IMG/VR virus record: IMGVR_UViG_3300045988_109877
Coordinates: 1 to 61,784 of that record
Source: a virus
Reading direction: 5' to 3' (one strand)
Length of the DNA: 61,784 nt
Shown piece after piece: positions 1 to 8,220 of the stretch (the stretch's first letter is position 1; every line of letters begins with the position of its first letter). The position numbers and the translations under genes were made by a program. Below the pieces are notes generated by a model that was given only the letters and a program-made list of their open reading frames with translations, was not told the origin of the DNA and ran no database searches.

Positions 1-326
1 ACAGTCGCATTGTCGCGGACAGTCGCATTGTCGCGGACAGTCGCATTGTCGCGGATAATCGCTTTGTCCCAGATAGTCGCATTGTCGCGGACAGTCGCAT
101 TGTCCCAGATAGTCGCATTGTCGCGGACAGTCGCATTGTCGCGGATAATCGCTTTGTCCCAGACAGTCGCTTCTCCGCGGACAGTCGCTTTGTCGCGGAC
201 AGTCGCTTTGTCGCGGATAATCGCTTCTCCGCGGACAGTCGCATTGTCCCAGACAGTCGCTTTGTCCCAGACAGTCGCATTGTCGCGGACAGTCGCATCT
301 CCGCAGACAGTCGCTTTGTCGTAGAC
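1..326. repeat. 18-nt tandem repeat array (about 18 units, consensus ACAGTCGCATTGTCGCGG with variants); coding on the minus strand
   Basis: Direct reading shows an 18-nt period from position 1. The first 50 nt are identical to 61735-61784. Confidence 0.95.
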
Positions 327-485
327 CCAGCAATCATTATCGTGCGATAGGTTGTCTTCGCATTCTATCCATCCGCCAATGTCGCCCTTCTTGACATTTC
401 CGAAGTCCCTAAGAGCTTTGATGCGGTGCAGGACGTGCCCGTCAACCGCAAATGTTTCTTCTGTCAATTCATATTTCTTTTCCAT
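1..485 (-). CDS. Hexapeptide-repeat (beta-helix type) protein, N-terminal part; the gene continues at 61784 across the contig junction
   Basis: Minus-strand ATG at 485 gives MEKKYELTEETFAVDGHVLHRIKALRDFGNVKKGDIGGWIECEDNLSHDNDCWVYDKATVCGDATV, followed by DNATVR/DKATVW/DKAIIR units. The frame is open to position 1. Merging the 50-nt overlap gives a 771-nt in-frame ORF together with 61449-61734. Confidence 0.7.
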   Translation of the reverse strand, partial: MEKKYELTEETFAVDGHVLHRIKALRDFGNVKKGDIGGWIECEDNLSHDNDCWVYDKATVCGDATVRDNATVWDKATVWDNATVRGEAIIRDKATVRDKATVRGEATVWDKAIIRDNATVRDNATIWDNATVRDNATIWDKAIIRDNATVRDNATVRDNAT

Positions 486-488
486 TTT

Positions 489-671
489 TCATTGATTTAA
501 AAATTCTAAAAGTTCTTCCGCTTGGCTGAGGGCGAAATCTGAGTTGGAGCCTTCATCGTATTCCTTGACAGTCACCTGCACCGCATAGGTGGTGATGCTT
601 GACTGCACGATTGGCAGTCGGTCGCTGTGCGTGAAGCACGCATAGATTCTCGGCCTTATTCTGTATCTCAT
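489..671 (-). CDS. Hypothetical protein (60 aa)
   Basis: ORF lies in the operon orientation and its start overlaps the upstream gene stop (668-671). Confidence 0.4.
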   Translation of the reverse strand: MRYRIRPRIYACFTHSDRLPIVQSSITTYAVQVTVKEYDEGSNSDFALSQAEELLEFLNQ

Positions 672-982
672 TCCTCGCCTCCTTTCGGTTCTTTGCGCTC
701 TTCAACGGCTGCGGATATAACTGCATTTATCGCGTCGCGCTCCTCTGCTGTAATGTGCCTGTGTGCATAGAGGCAAGCAGCCATATATATGTTGAGACCG
801 AGATCTTTATTTTCGGTCATCAGAGTATGGATGAGAAGCCCTATTTCGTGTGTTGTCCCCTTAGAAAAACCACACACGTCGCTCTCTTTCTTGTCTGCTA
901 AAATTACCACTGCTGTACGATTCTTCTTATCTTTATTAAACCAATATTCACTACAGTTGACGATTTTTTCTGCTTCTTTCAT
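668..982 (-). CDS. Hypothetical protein (104 aa)
   Basis: ORF is co-oriented with and tightly packed against its neighbours. I recognised no motif. Confidence 0.5.
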   Translation of the reverse strand: MKEAEKIVNCSEYWFNKDKKNRTAVVILADKKESDVCGFSKGTTHEIGLLIHTLMTENKDLGLNIYMAACLYAHRHITAEERDAINAVISAAVEERKEPKGGEE

Positions 983-1014
983 TGTCTTTTAAATTTGTTA
1001 GAGTTACATAAACT

Positions 1015-1251
1015 TTATTCCTTACTCTCCTTTCTTAGTTCTTTAATCAGAGTGTCAGCAAACTTGACAGCCCATATACAAACATCTTGCATACTTGGAT
1101 TAGGGTCTACACCCTCAATAATAGGTGAGGCAAGTCGTCCGACCATAGCAGCCTTTGCTATCTCGTATCTACGCTGCTCCCAATCTGGGGAGCGCAATGT
1201 CTTGGCGATGCTCACCACCGCCTCTGCCTGTCTTTGTTCTAAAACATTCAT
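1015..1251 (-). CDS. Hypothetical protein (78 aa)
   Basis: ORF is co-oriented in the minus-strand operon. Confidence 0.5.
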   Translation of the reverse strand: MNVLEQRQAEAVVSIAKTLRSPDWEQRRYEIAKAAMVGRLASPIIEGVDPNPSMQDVCIWAVKFADTLIKELRKESKE

Positions 1252-1266
1252 TGTCTTTTAGTTTTG

Positions 1267-2157
1267 TTAGATTATGTCAAAAATGTCCAGTTGTCTTGGT
1301 TCTGTCACTCGTCCGGAGGGGAAGAACAATTGCTCGAAGATATGTTCCATACAGGCGACCACAATTGAGTTGCCTGCGAGCTTGTATTGCTGGGACTCCG
1401 AGATGTACATCGGCTTCCCGTTCTTCCTGTGGCCCTTGACGTAGTTTTTGATTTTGTCGTAGTCCTCGTCGTCGACATCCATCAGACGGAAACACTCGCG
1501 CGGAATAAGTCTGCGGATGCGATATGGGAACGTGTCGCCATAGACGTTGTTAGGTCTGGCGGACGTGAGGGTTGACCCCACGGATTCGGCGAACTCGGTC
1601 TGTAGTTCTGCTACACCGCTTTTCGCTTTGTCCTGCCTATAAGGTCGCAGATTGTTGTCCTTGTCCACCGACACACCGCAAGGCTGACGGCGAACCTCCT
1701 CCGCTACTCGGCGAACCTCCTCCGCTACTCGGCGAACCTCCTCCGTCTTCGGTTCCAAGACTGCGTTTTCCTCGCCCGTGAGGAGAGTGCCGATGATGTC
1801 TCCCTTGTTGCCCTGTACTCTCCCTCGGCGAGTACAGGATGACGGCTGGGAGATGTTGACCGCACCGAACTCCTCCACCTCCGCAAAGCCTTCCCTTGTG
1901 TTGGCTTTGATGCGCAAAGGCTCAAGCAGCATATTGTCTTTCTGCACGCTTGTGATGGTGTTGGACACACCGTCTGTTCTTGGTTCCATCTGTTGCATAT
2001 ATTTCCTTTGTATGTTAATTCTGTGATTCTCATAATCCTTTCTCAGAAGTTTGGCTTCTTCGGTGCGCTTGGGAGTCAATACATTAGGCTCCCTTCCTCT
2101 GCTCGCCACCACGAACGGCTCGGCGATAGAGACGGTCTCTCCGTGGTTGTTCATCAC
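1267..2157 (-). CDS. C5 DNA methyltransferase, C-terminal segment (TRD-like modules plus motifs IX-X)
   Basis: YRIRRLIPRECFRLMDV (motif IX) and KLAGNSIVV (motif X). The segment begins within a SPTVMNNHG module, so the annotated Met is unlikely to be a natural start. Confidence 0.8.
   Translation of the reverse strand: MMNNHGETVSIAEPFVVASRGREPNVLTPKRTEEAKLLRKDYENHRINIQRKYMQQMEPRTDGVSNTITSVQKDNMLLEPLRIKANTREGFAEVEEFGAVNISQPSSCTRRGRVQGNKGDIIGTLLTGEENAVLEPKTEEVRRVAEEVRRVAEEVRRQPCGVSVDKDNNLRPYRQDKAKSGVAELQTEFAESVGSTLTSARPNNVYGDTFPYRIRRLIPRECFRLMDVDDEDYDKIKNYVKGHRKNGKPMYISESQQYKLAGNSIVVACMEHIFEQLFFPSGRVTEPRQLDIFDII
1689..1746. repeat. 21-nt tandem repeat (about 2.8 copies) inside the methyltransferase gene
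   Basis: GGCGAACCTCCTCCGCTACTC is repeated and encodes EEVRRVA x3 on the minus strand. Confidence 0.9.
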
Positions 2158-2792
2158 AGTAGGAGATACCCCCCCCCACGTTATAAACCTTGCCGCAAGC
2201 GTGGTTGCTCGGATACTTGTTCATCTCAACAATCGGCTTTGGCTCCAACACATACTGAGCAGTGTTGCCCCTTGTCCCCGTGCTGCAATGGATGGTGTTC
2301 GCCACCTCCTTCGTGTGGTAGTTCTCGATTTTGCCTTTTTTGTCGCGTGAGTAACTCACAATCTTAGGATCTTCTTTCATCTCGATTATTTTTGGAATAA
2401 GCCCCCCACCAGTGGGGGTGGTGATAGCAGGAGAGATGCCCTCCGTCTTATACGTTCTATATGCCCGATGTTGACCGCTCTCCACGGTCATCACTCTGTC
2501 CGTCTTCTTCATTGCTTGAATCTTCACTAACGAAATACATACAATTGGCATTCACCCTCGCCTTGATGGTTCCGGCTATGTCGTTGACGCATTGGTTGTA
2601 TGTGTCTATCCATAGCCCCCCCCCTATCAATTTTCGGGAGCATCCGTTGAAGCCGCTTGCCCCCTGTCGCTTGTTTCTTCATTTCTCATTCTGTTTTGGT
2701 CGTAATCTTCCACGATGACCACCCCCCCCCCCCTATATCCGTGGTTGCGGAGGCATCGTGCCACCCCGTTGCGGGATATAATATCCTCACTT

Positions 2793-3785
2793 CTATATTC
2801 CGTCTTCTCGATTACTATAACCTTGTCTGTTTCCATTTCCATTTTCCTCGTCTGCTATAGTTACTATACTTCCGTGGTTCAACATCACCGTCGGAGAGAT
2901 TCCGTCAGTACCGATGACGATACCGCTTATCTGACTCTTCGGATATAGCCTTCCGACACGGTTTATTGTTCTTGGATGTAATTGTCGTCGTTCCTCATCA
3001 CGCCTGCTTGGATTGTCTTCGCTATACCCCCCCCCCTCAGTGTACTCAAACTTGTGGTTGGTGGTGGTTTCAGCATTCCATTTCAGCCGCCCCAATATCA
3101 CGTCAGTCTTAAGATAGTATCTATCCTCGACACTCTCACCGTCGTGGTATGTGACAAGTACGTCACGGAGCCGCCGCTCCAACGGGAACGGCTGAGGAAA
3201 ATCATACTTGATGCCGCTCGGGAACAACTGTGGGAACTTGGCGGACGCATCCTTGCGGATGCTTAACGCGAACACCCTCACACGGTTCTGCGGAACACCG
3301 AAATCTTTGGCGTTTATCTTCTTCCAGTATGTCTTGTAGCCTTGTTCGTCAAGGTAGTCTATCCATCGCTGGAAGTCGGGCATAAACTTCTTGGAAGCCA
3401 ACGCCGCCACGTTCTCGAGTAAAAGGAATGACGGACGCTTCGTCTCTATCGCCCTCCTACACTCCCATAGCAATGATGAGCGCGAACCACTGCCTTCCTG
3501 CAAGCCTCGTTGAAGTCCGGCATTGCTGATGTCCTGACAAGGGAAGCTGTAGGTGAACAAGTCAAAGTCAGACACTCGCTCCCAATCGACCTTGCTTATG
3601 TCACCGTGGTTGCATTCGGCATACTCTGGAAACACGGCATTGTGGGCGGCTATTGCGTCATCGTCAATCTCGCTCCATCCGACAAGTTGGAAATCCGCAC
3701 CGCCAGCGTGGCGCCGTGCGACTCGGCGCAGAGCCATCATCTGCGAGCCATACCCGGCGAACGCCTCAAATACTTTTATTTTCAT
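2793..3785 (-). CDS. C5 DNA methyltransferase, N-terminal catalytic segment (motifs I-VIII) plus the first TRD-like modules
   Basis: FEAFAGYGSQ (motif I FxGxG), FPCQDIS (motif IV PCQ), LLLENV (motif VI), QNRVRVF (motif VIII), then GISPTVMLNHG. Confidence 0.85.
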   Translation of the reverse strand: MKIKVFEAFAGYGSQMMALRRVARRHAGGADFQLVGWSEIDDDAIAAHNAVFPEYAECNHGDISKVDWERVSDFDLFTYSFPCQDISNAGLQRGLQEGSGSRSSLLWECRRAIETKRPSFLLLENVAALASKKFMPDFQRWIDYLDEQGYKTYWKKINAKDFGVPQNRVRVFALSIRKDASAKFPQLFPSGIKYDFPQPFPLERRLRDVLVTYHDGESVEDRYYLKTDVILGRLKWNAETTTNHKFEYTEGGGYSEDNPSRRDEERRQLHPRTINRVGRLYPKSQISGIVIGTDGISPTVMLNHGSIVTIADEENGNGNRQGYSNREDGI

Positions 3786-3937
3786 CGTTTCTGTTTTTTT
3801 ATGACGACCGTCCGTGGGTCAATCCGTACCAACTTCCCTCCCTCGTCACGCTTGCGCAGGACAGGAAGCAAATCAAGAGCCTTGCGGCGGCTCAATCTCA
3901 AGTCAGCCTTTGAGTTCTCTATAACGTCGTAGTTCAT
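3782..3937 (-). CDS. Small hypothetical protein (51 aa), translationally coupled to the methyltransferase
   Basis: Minus-strand ATG at 3937 gives MNYDVIENSKADLRLSRRKALDLLPVLRKRDEGGKLVRIDPRTVVIKKQKR. Its TGA overlaps the MTase ATG (ATGA). It is below the ORF-track size cut-off. Confidence 0.35.
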   Translation of the reverse strand: MNYDVIENSKADLRLSRRKALDLLPVLRKRDEGGKLVRIDPRTVVIKKQKR

Positions 3938-3938
3938 A

Positions 3939-4217
3939 TCAGTAAAGTCTGTTGAGTTCGTAAGCCTTTATCACTCTTCTCACATCCCTCTGCGTCATTA
4001 GGTAATCCTTGGCGATGACACTGACGGGAATGGATAGCATGTGTGACTTGTAGACATCCTTGTGAAGAGGGAATCGGATGTCAAGCACCTCCACAATCAT
4101 TTTCTGTTTGGGGGAGTAGTGCGCTATGGCATCGCGGAAAAAATAGTCCACCGCCTCACTCTTGGCTTTGAAAGCCATCGCCTCTTCCTCCGGAGTGTAG
4201 TAGTTTTCGTTCCTCAT
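3939..4217 (-). CDS. Hypothetical protein (92 aa), possible C-terminal HTH
   Basis: The segment VIAKDYLMTQRDVRRVIKAY looks like a helix-turn-helix. The ORF overlaps its neighbour by 4 nt. Confidence 0.45.
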   Translation of the reverse strand: MRNENYYTPEEEAMAFKAKSEAVDYFFRDAIAHYSPKQKMIVEVLDIRFPLHKDVYKSHMLSIPVSVIAKDYLMTQRDVRRVIKAYELNRLY

Positions 4218-4528
4218 AGCGCAGCAGTAATTTCGCCTGACGCTGAAGGTTGACCAAGCGAAGGTTGTTCTTGTCGTGGGGAATCTCCACGACCGCCCTC
4301 GCGCACCGCATCAGCAGTCTGTAGTTGTTTGTTGAGATAGTCTTCATACGCTCTTGCCTGTCCTTGCAGGTCGTTGATGGTGTGCAGGCATCGGATGATG
4401 TCGTTGAGTTCCCCTTCGTCGAGATGCGCCCAGTCGTTGGCTATCGGTCTGAGAGCCGCTTCCGCCACAAGCAGCGCAGTGAGGAACCTGCTGTTCACAC
4501 GTTTATCTTTTTGAATCTGTTCTTTCAT
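4214..4528 (-). CDS. Hypothetical protein (104 aa)
   Basis: ORF is co-oriented in the operon, immediately downstream of the DnaB gene in the direction of transcription. Confidence 0.45.
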   Translation of the reverse strand: MKEQIQKDKRVNSRFLTALLVAEAALRPIANDWAHLDEGELNDIIRCLHTINDLQGQARAYEDYLNKQLQTADAVREGGRGDSPRQEQPSLGQPSASGEITAAL

Positions 4529-4541
4529 TTTTTTTATGAAT

Positions 4542-5891
4542 CTAAAATGGTAGTTGTTCCCGATTTGCCGTCACCATCGTAGCCGTTGGCATATCGGCAA
4601 GGTCGGAGAACCTTGTGTATTGCTTCTCGTAGGCAGCAATGAACGATGTCGTACCCGTATTTCTGCCTTTAGCCACGATGATCTCCGCAGTGCCGTCGGT
4701 GCTGACGTTGGCGAACCTGTCCTTGTAGGCAAGATTCTTACCCTCCGTCTTGTAGTACTCGGGGCGGTAGACGAATATCACGTTGTCGGCATTCGACTCA
4801 ATCTCACCGGAGCCACGCAGACGGGCAAGGGAAGGGTAGGGATTCATGCGGTCGCGGCTGAGTTGGGAGAGCAGAATGATGCTCACGTCAATCTCACCGG
4901 CGAGCCGCTTCAGCGTGGCGCAGATGTCGCCAATCTCCTGCACGCGGTTGTCAATCTTGCCCATAGAGATGAGCTGGAGGTAGTCGATGACAAAGAGTTT
5001 CGCCTTCTTGCGGTAGGCAAGCTGACGTATCCAGGCGCATATCTTCGCCACGCTCTGCGCCTTGCGGTTGAACCACATAGGCAGCGTTCCCGTCCTCTCC
5101 ACTGCGGCGCCCACGCGGTTGTAATCGTCCGCTCCGAGCCGCTTGTAAAGGATGTCCGAGGAAGATACCTGCGCATCGCCCGACACCATACGTGCCGCAA
5201 GCTGCATCACCGACATCTCCAGCGTCACCACCCCCACACCGACACCCGCGGTGGCGGCATTAAGGGCGAACGTCAGCGCAAGGGAAGTCTTGCCCATAGA
5301 CGTTTCGCCGGCGATGATGGTCAGGTCTGTTACGTGCAGACCTCCGCGCTCGTCTATCCCTCTAAGTCCCACGGGGATTTCCGGTGCGTTGTGCGTCCGT
5401 GACTGATTATCAAACACGTTGCGCATCACCTCGTTGCAAGCCTCCTCAGCCGTCACCATTTCCGTGGTGTTCGACACAAGGCAGTTGGCAATCTCCGAGT
5501 TGAGCCGCTGTAGGGTTGATTCTGAAGGCTCGAGCGGTTGCATAAGCTTCTGCTGTGCCTCCATAATCGCGGCAAGCGTGCGCCTCCTCACAAGCAAGTC
5601 GGTCAACAGTTCGTCCGTTCCGTAAGCGGAAGTCACGGGACGAGCACACTGCTCGTTGAATGCAAGGAATGCCGCCTTGTCCACCGTCATCAGCCGTGCC
5701 GTCACCGCCATCATATCGGCATCGCCTCCGTTGTTGCGGATGTACAGCATCGCCTCCCATATCGTGCGGTTTTCAGGAACGGTGAACACCTCGGGGTCAA
5801 GGACATCGGCAAGACGGTAGAACTCACCGCTGTTGGTGACGCAGGCACTAAGCAGATTGGCTTCCGCTTCCGGGTTGCACAGGCTGTTCAT
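4542..5891 (-). CDS. dnaB: Replicative DNA helicase, DnaB family
   Basis: IIAGETSMGKTSLAL (Walker A/H1), TLEMS (H1a), LFVIDYLQLI (Walker B/H2), LLSQLSR (H3), LRGSGEIESNADNVIFVYRPEYY (H4). Confidence 0.9.
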   Translation of the reverse strand: MNSLCNPEAEANLLSACVTNSGEFYRLADVLDPEVFTVPENRTIWEAMLYIRNNGGDADMMAVTARLMTVDKAAFLAFNEQCARPVTSAYGTDELLTDLLVRRRTLAAIMEAQQKLMQPLEPSESTLQRLNSEIANCLVSNTTEMVTAEEACNEVMRNVFDNQSRTHNAPEIPVGLRGIDERGGLHVTDLTIIAGETSMGKTSLALTFALNAATAGVGVGVVTLEMSVMQLAARMVSGDAQVSSSDILYKRLGADDYNRVGAAVERTGTLPMWFNRKAQSVAKICAWIRQLAYRKKAKLFVIDYLQLISMGKIDNRVQEIGDICATLKRLAGEIDVSIILLSQLSRDRMNPYPSLARLRGSGEIESNADNVIFVYRPEYYKTEGKNLAYKDRFANVSTDGTAEIIVAKGRNTGTTSFIAAYEKQYTRFSDLADMPTATMVTANREQLPF

Positions 5892-6774
5892 TCTCTGGTG
5901 GTTTATAGGATTCCTTGAAGTTCTTCATTCTCTCAAAAATCTCCTCCTCAAAGCGCGGAATGCCGATGAAGAAAGGCTTGCCGTTGCCGACATCCTGCAT
6001 ATAGTGTCGACCGAAGGCGGTGAAAACCTCATCGTCGTAGCCGAGAGCGTCTATGTGCGGAGCCATAAGGTCGTAGAGGAACTCGTTCCACGCCGGCGGC
6101 TGGGCAAGTTCTCCGTTGGCTCTACGGATGTTTAGGAGCGAATCAGCGTGCTTCTTCGCGTCTTGGATGGTCTTGTAGTCCTGTCCTCGCTCAATCCAGC
6201 CACGCTTGATGGTGTGAATCTGCACGGCAAGTCTGTCACGGGGTAGGTTGTACTTGTAGCACATAGCCTCCACCCACATATCCTCGCCCATCAAAACGTC
6301 CTCAATCTCCGACACTGGAATGATCTCCGTTGCCGTCGGCGATGTCGGTTTTTCTCTTTCTTTTGCTACGACGTAGTCGTAGTTTTCTTTCTCTTCAGGG
6401 GCTTTTTCTTCTTGGGTAGTAGGGGGTGTGGGGGAAGAAGGGGTTTCTTCTTTTTCGGAAAAACAATTCAAATCAATTGTTTTATTTGTTTTTATTTGTT
6501 TTTTTTGTTTTTCAATTGTTTCAGAATTGTTTTCGATTTGTTTTTTTGCCGCATTGCGGTTTCCTTTTGGAGCCCCACGCTTGCTGGGGATGTCCATTCC
6601 GTCCACAATCTGACTATATATGGCAGTCAGAAGGAAGTCCACCTCGAAGGACAAACCTTCCGGCATAGACTGTTCCTCCACGATTGTCCGAATCGCTGAA
6701 TATGCTTCCGCCTGCTGCTCGGGTTTGAGCTTGGATATAGCGTTCATCCATTCTGTCTTGAATACAAAATCCAT
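5848..6774 (-). CDS. Putative replication initiator / helicase-loading protein
   Basis: It lies directly upstream of and overlaps dnaB. It has a central low-complexity K/E/P/T linker. Position is the only basis for the call. Confidence 0.35.
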   Translation of the reverse strand: MDFVFKTEWMNAISKLKPEQQAEAYSAIRTIVEEQSMPEGLSFEVDFLLTAIYSQIVDGMDIPSKRGAPKGNRNAAKKQIENNSETIEKQKKQIKTNKTIDLNCFSEKEETPSSPTPPTTQEEKAPEEKENYDYVVAKEREKPTSPTATEIIPVSEIEDVLMGEDMWVEAMCYKYNLPRDRLAVQIHTIKRGWIERGQDYKTIQDAKKHADSLLNIRRANGELAQPPAWNEFLYDLMAPHIDALGYDDEVFTAFGRHYMQDVGNGKPFFIGIPRFEEEIFERMKNFKESYKPPENEQPVQPGSGSQSA

Positions 6775-6779
6775 ATTGC

Positions 6780-7019
6780 TTACTCCTTGTTGTCAATAGA
6801 CACTGAATGGTCGTTCAGTTGTCTGTGGTAGGTCAATCGTTTCTCTTTGATAAGTCTGCGTAGAGCCGCAAGCGTCTCTTCACGTACAGCGTTGTGTATG
6901 GCTGTGAACGGCACGAGCGCAGGAGGATTCAGTTTCTCCTGCATCTGTGCTATCATCTTCAATAGTGCGGAATCGTCAATCATAACTTGATTTTTATTGG
7001 GAGGTTCGCTGATGTCCAC
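6780..7019 (-). CDS. Hypothetical protein (79 aa)
   Basis: ORF is co-oriented. I recognised no motif. Confidence 0.4.
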   Translation of the reverse strand: MDISEPPNKNQVMIDDSALLKMIAQMQEKLNPPALVPFTAIHNAVREETLAALRRLIKEKRLTYHRQLNDHSVSIDNKE

Positions 7020-7471
7020 GCAAGAAGCATAGCGTCACGCTCCTCCTGGTTGCTCCGCTTGGCGGTATAGCCGGTGATGGCGCATATCTCCTCGTGGGTG
7101 ATTTTGCGGTCTTTGCCTTTCCATATCTTGCGCAGAGGCGGTTGAAGCCGTACATCAAGGCTGAAGTGCCGCGCTATGTCGGCAATGTCGATGCCTATCT
7201 GATGGTTGCGCCCCACGTGGTAGCCTTTCTTCGCCGCCACCGCCTTGCTGTCGGAAGGCAGTGAATGGAAGTTGTGGGCAGTAGCCCACGAAGCCTCCAC
7301 CACCACAGCGACCGTCAACGTGGGATATTCGTTGCGCACTCTGCGGAGGTTGTCCAACAGCGCGGGAAGCGTCATTGTGGTTGCCTCTACCCTTTTGGTT
7401 TTGGGACAGAGTGTTGCGACACCGCTTGCCTCCACGTCCGGGTCGATGCCGATGATAATGTCGTATGTCAT
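6980..7471 (-). CDS. RuvC-like Holliday junction resolvase
   Basis: IIGIDPDVEASG (first catalytic Asp), VVVEASW (Glu), EERDAMLLAW (terminal Asp). This is the RNase H-fold RuvC pattern. Confidence 0.6.
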   Translation of the reverse strand: MTYDIIIGIDPDVEASGVATLCPKTKRVEATTMTLPALLDNLRRVRNEYPTLTVAVVVEASWATAHNFHSLPSDSKAVAAKKGYHVGRNHQIGIDIADIARHFSLDVRLQPPLRKIWKGKDRKITHEEICAITGYTAKRSNQEERDAMLLAWTSANLPIKIKL

Positions 7472-7905
7472 AGATACTCCTTTCTTCTGTTGATTTCAAT
7501 TTCCGCCTGTCTAATCATATATTCCTCCTCCGGGGTGGGGATATACCAACCTTCGGTGGCCGCCCAGTTTCGGAAGCGTTCAATTGCCGTTGTCATATCC
7601 TCCGTAGACAAGTCTCTGCTTGATTTCAGCGTCCTCACGTTCTGTTGCAGACGGGTGTCGTAACGTCCGGTGACGAACAAATCTGCATTGCAATGCGCCT
7701 TGAAGTAATACCGCTTCACGTAGTCCATCGTGTTGCCCGTCTCCATTGCCACAATGCCGATACAGACGTGCAGGTAGCGGTTCTGTGGGTCGCTACGCTG
7801 CTTCCTCTCGGTCAGTTCGACCGAGGGCGAGTGCTTGTCAATCAACGACTGCAAGCGTGTCTTGGCACGCTCACAATCGTAGGGATTGGAAAGGTCGAAC
7901 AACAT
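7468..7905 (-). CDS. NinB/Orf-like recombination mediator
   Basis: RSDPQNRYLHVCIG resembles lambda NinB RSLDQNRKLWACLG. The gene sits in the recombination module. Confidence 0.5.
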   Translation of the reverse strand: MLFDLSNPYDCERAKTRLQSLIDKHSPSVELTERKQRSDPQNRYLHVCIGIVAMETGNTMDYVKRYYFKAHCNADLFVTGRYDTRLQQNVRTLKSSRDLSTEDMTTAIERFRNWAATEGWYIPTPEEEYMIRQAEIEINRRKEYL

Positions 7906-7911
7906 AGTCCG

Positions 7912-8220
7912 TTAGTATGGAAGGTCGTCAGAGGAGGCAGACGGAGCCGCCTCAATCTGTTCCGTGGTCGGCTGGCTTGGCATAGGCTTCAGCTCCGAGA
8001 AGTCGCCGATGTAATAATTCTCGCCCTCCACCTGATGGTCTTTCGGCACACTCACCTTCATTGAATGGGTGTAGGTGCGCTCACCGAATGTGGACGGGGT
8101 CTTGCGTTCCCACAGACCGACATTCAAGAATACGTGTTCTGTGCCGTCCTTGCACATTACTTTTTTGAAAAATCTCTTTGGGACTTTGGTTAAGTCGATT
8201 GATCCAGTGTAGTTGCTCAT
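7912..8220 (-). CDS. SSB-like single-stranded DNA-binding protein (non-canonical)
   Basis: The C-terminal acidic tail SASSDDLPY mimics the SSB tip DDDIPF. The gene lies between the recombinase and resolvase genes. Confidence 0.45.
   Translation of the reverse strand: MSNYTGSIDLTKVPKRFFKKVMCKDGTEHVFLNVGLWERKTPSTFGERTYTHSMKVSVPKDHQVEGENYYIGDFSELKPMPSQPTTEQIEAAPSASSDDLPY

Larger units (their letters stand above)
1267..3785 (-). pseudogene. C5 cytosine DNA methyltransferase locus with a very long multi-TRD variable region, split over four reading-frame segments
   Basis: Motifs I-VIII lie in 2793-3785 and motifs IX-X in 1267-2157. TRD-like fragments lie in 2627-2842, about 2465-2690 (third frame) and 2084-2551. 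Poly-C tracts on the plus strand (poly-G in the coding strand) are at 2169-2177 (9), 2616-2624 (9), 2722-2733 (12) and 3027-3036 (10). Confidence 0.75.

Noticed and set aside
10-324. A plus-strand 104-aa ORF (RTVALS repeats) across the tandem repeat
   Set aside because: It is the antisense frame of the 18-nt repeat. The minus-strand frame has a proper N-terminal domain and start codon, continues in frame across the junction, and matches the operon orientation.
4554-5402. A plus-strand 282-aa ORF antisense to dnaB, and a similar one at 52772-53488 antisense to int
   Set aside because: The opposite-strand genes carry complete family motifs. These ORFs are byproducts of GC-rich codon structure.
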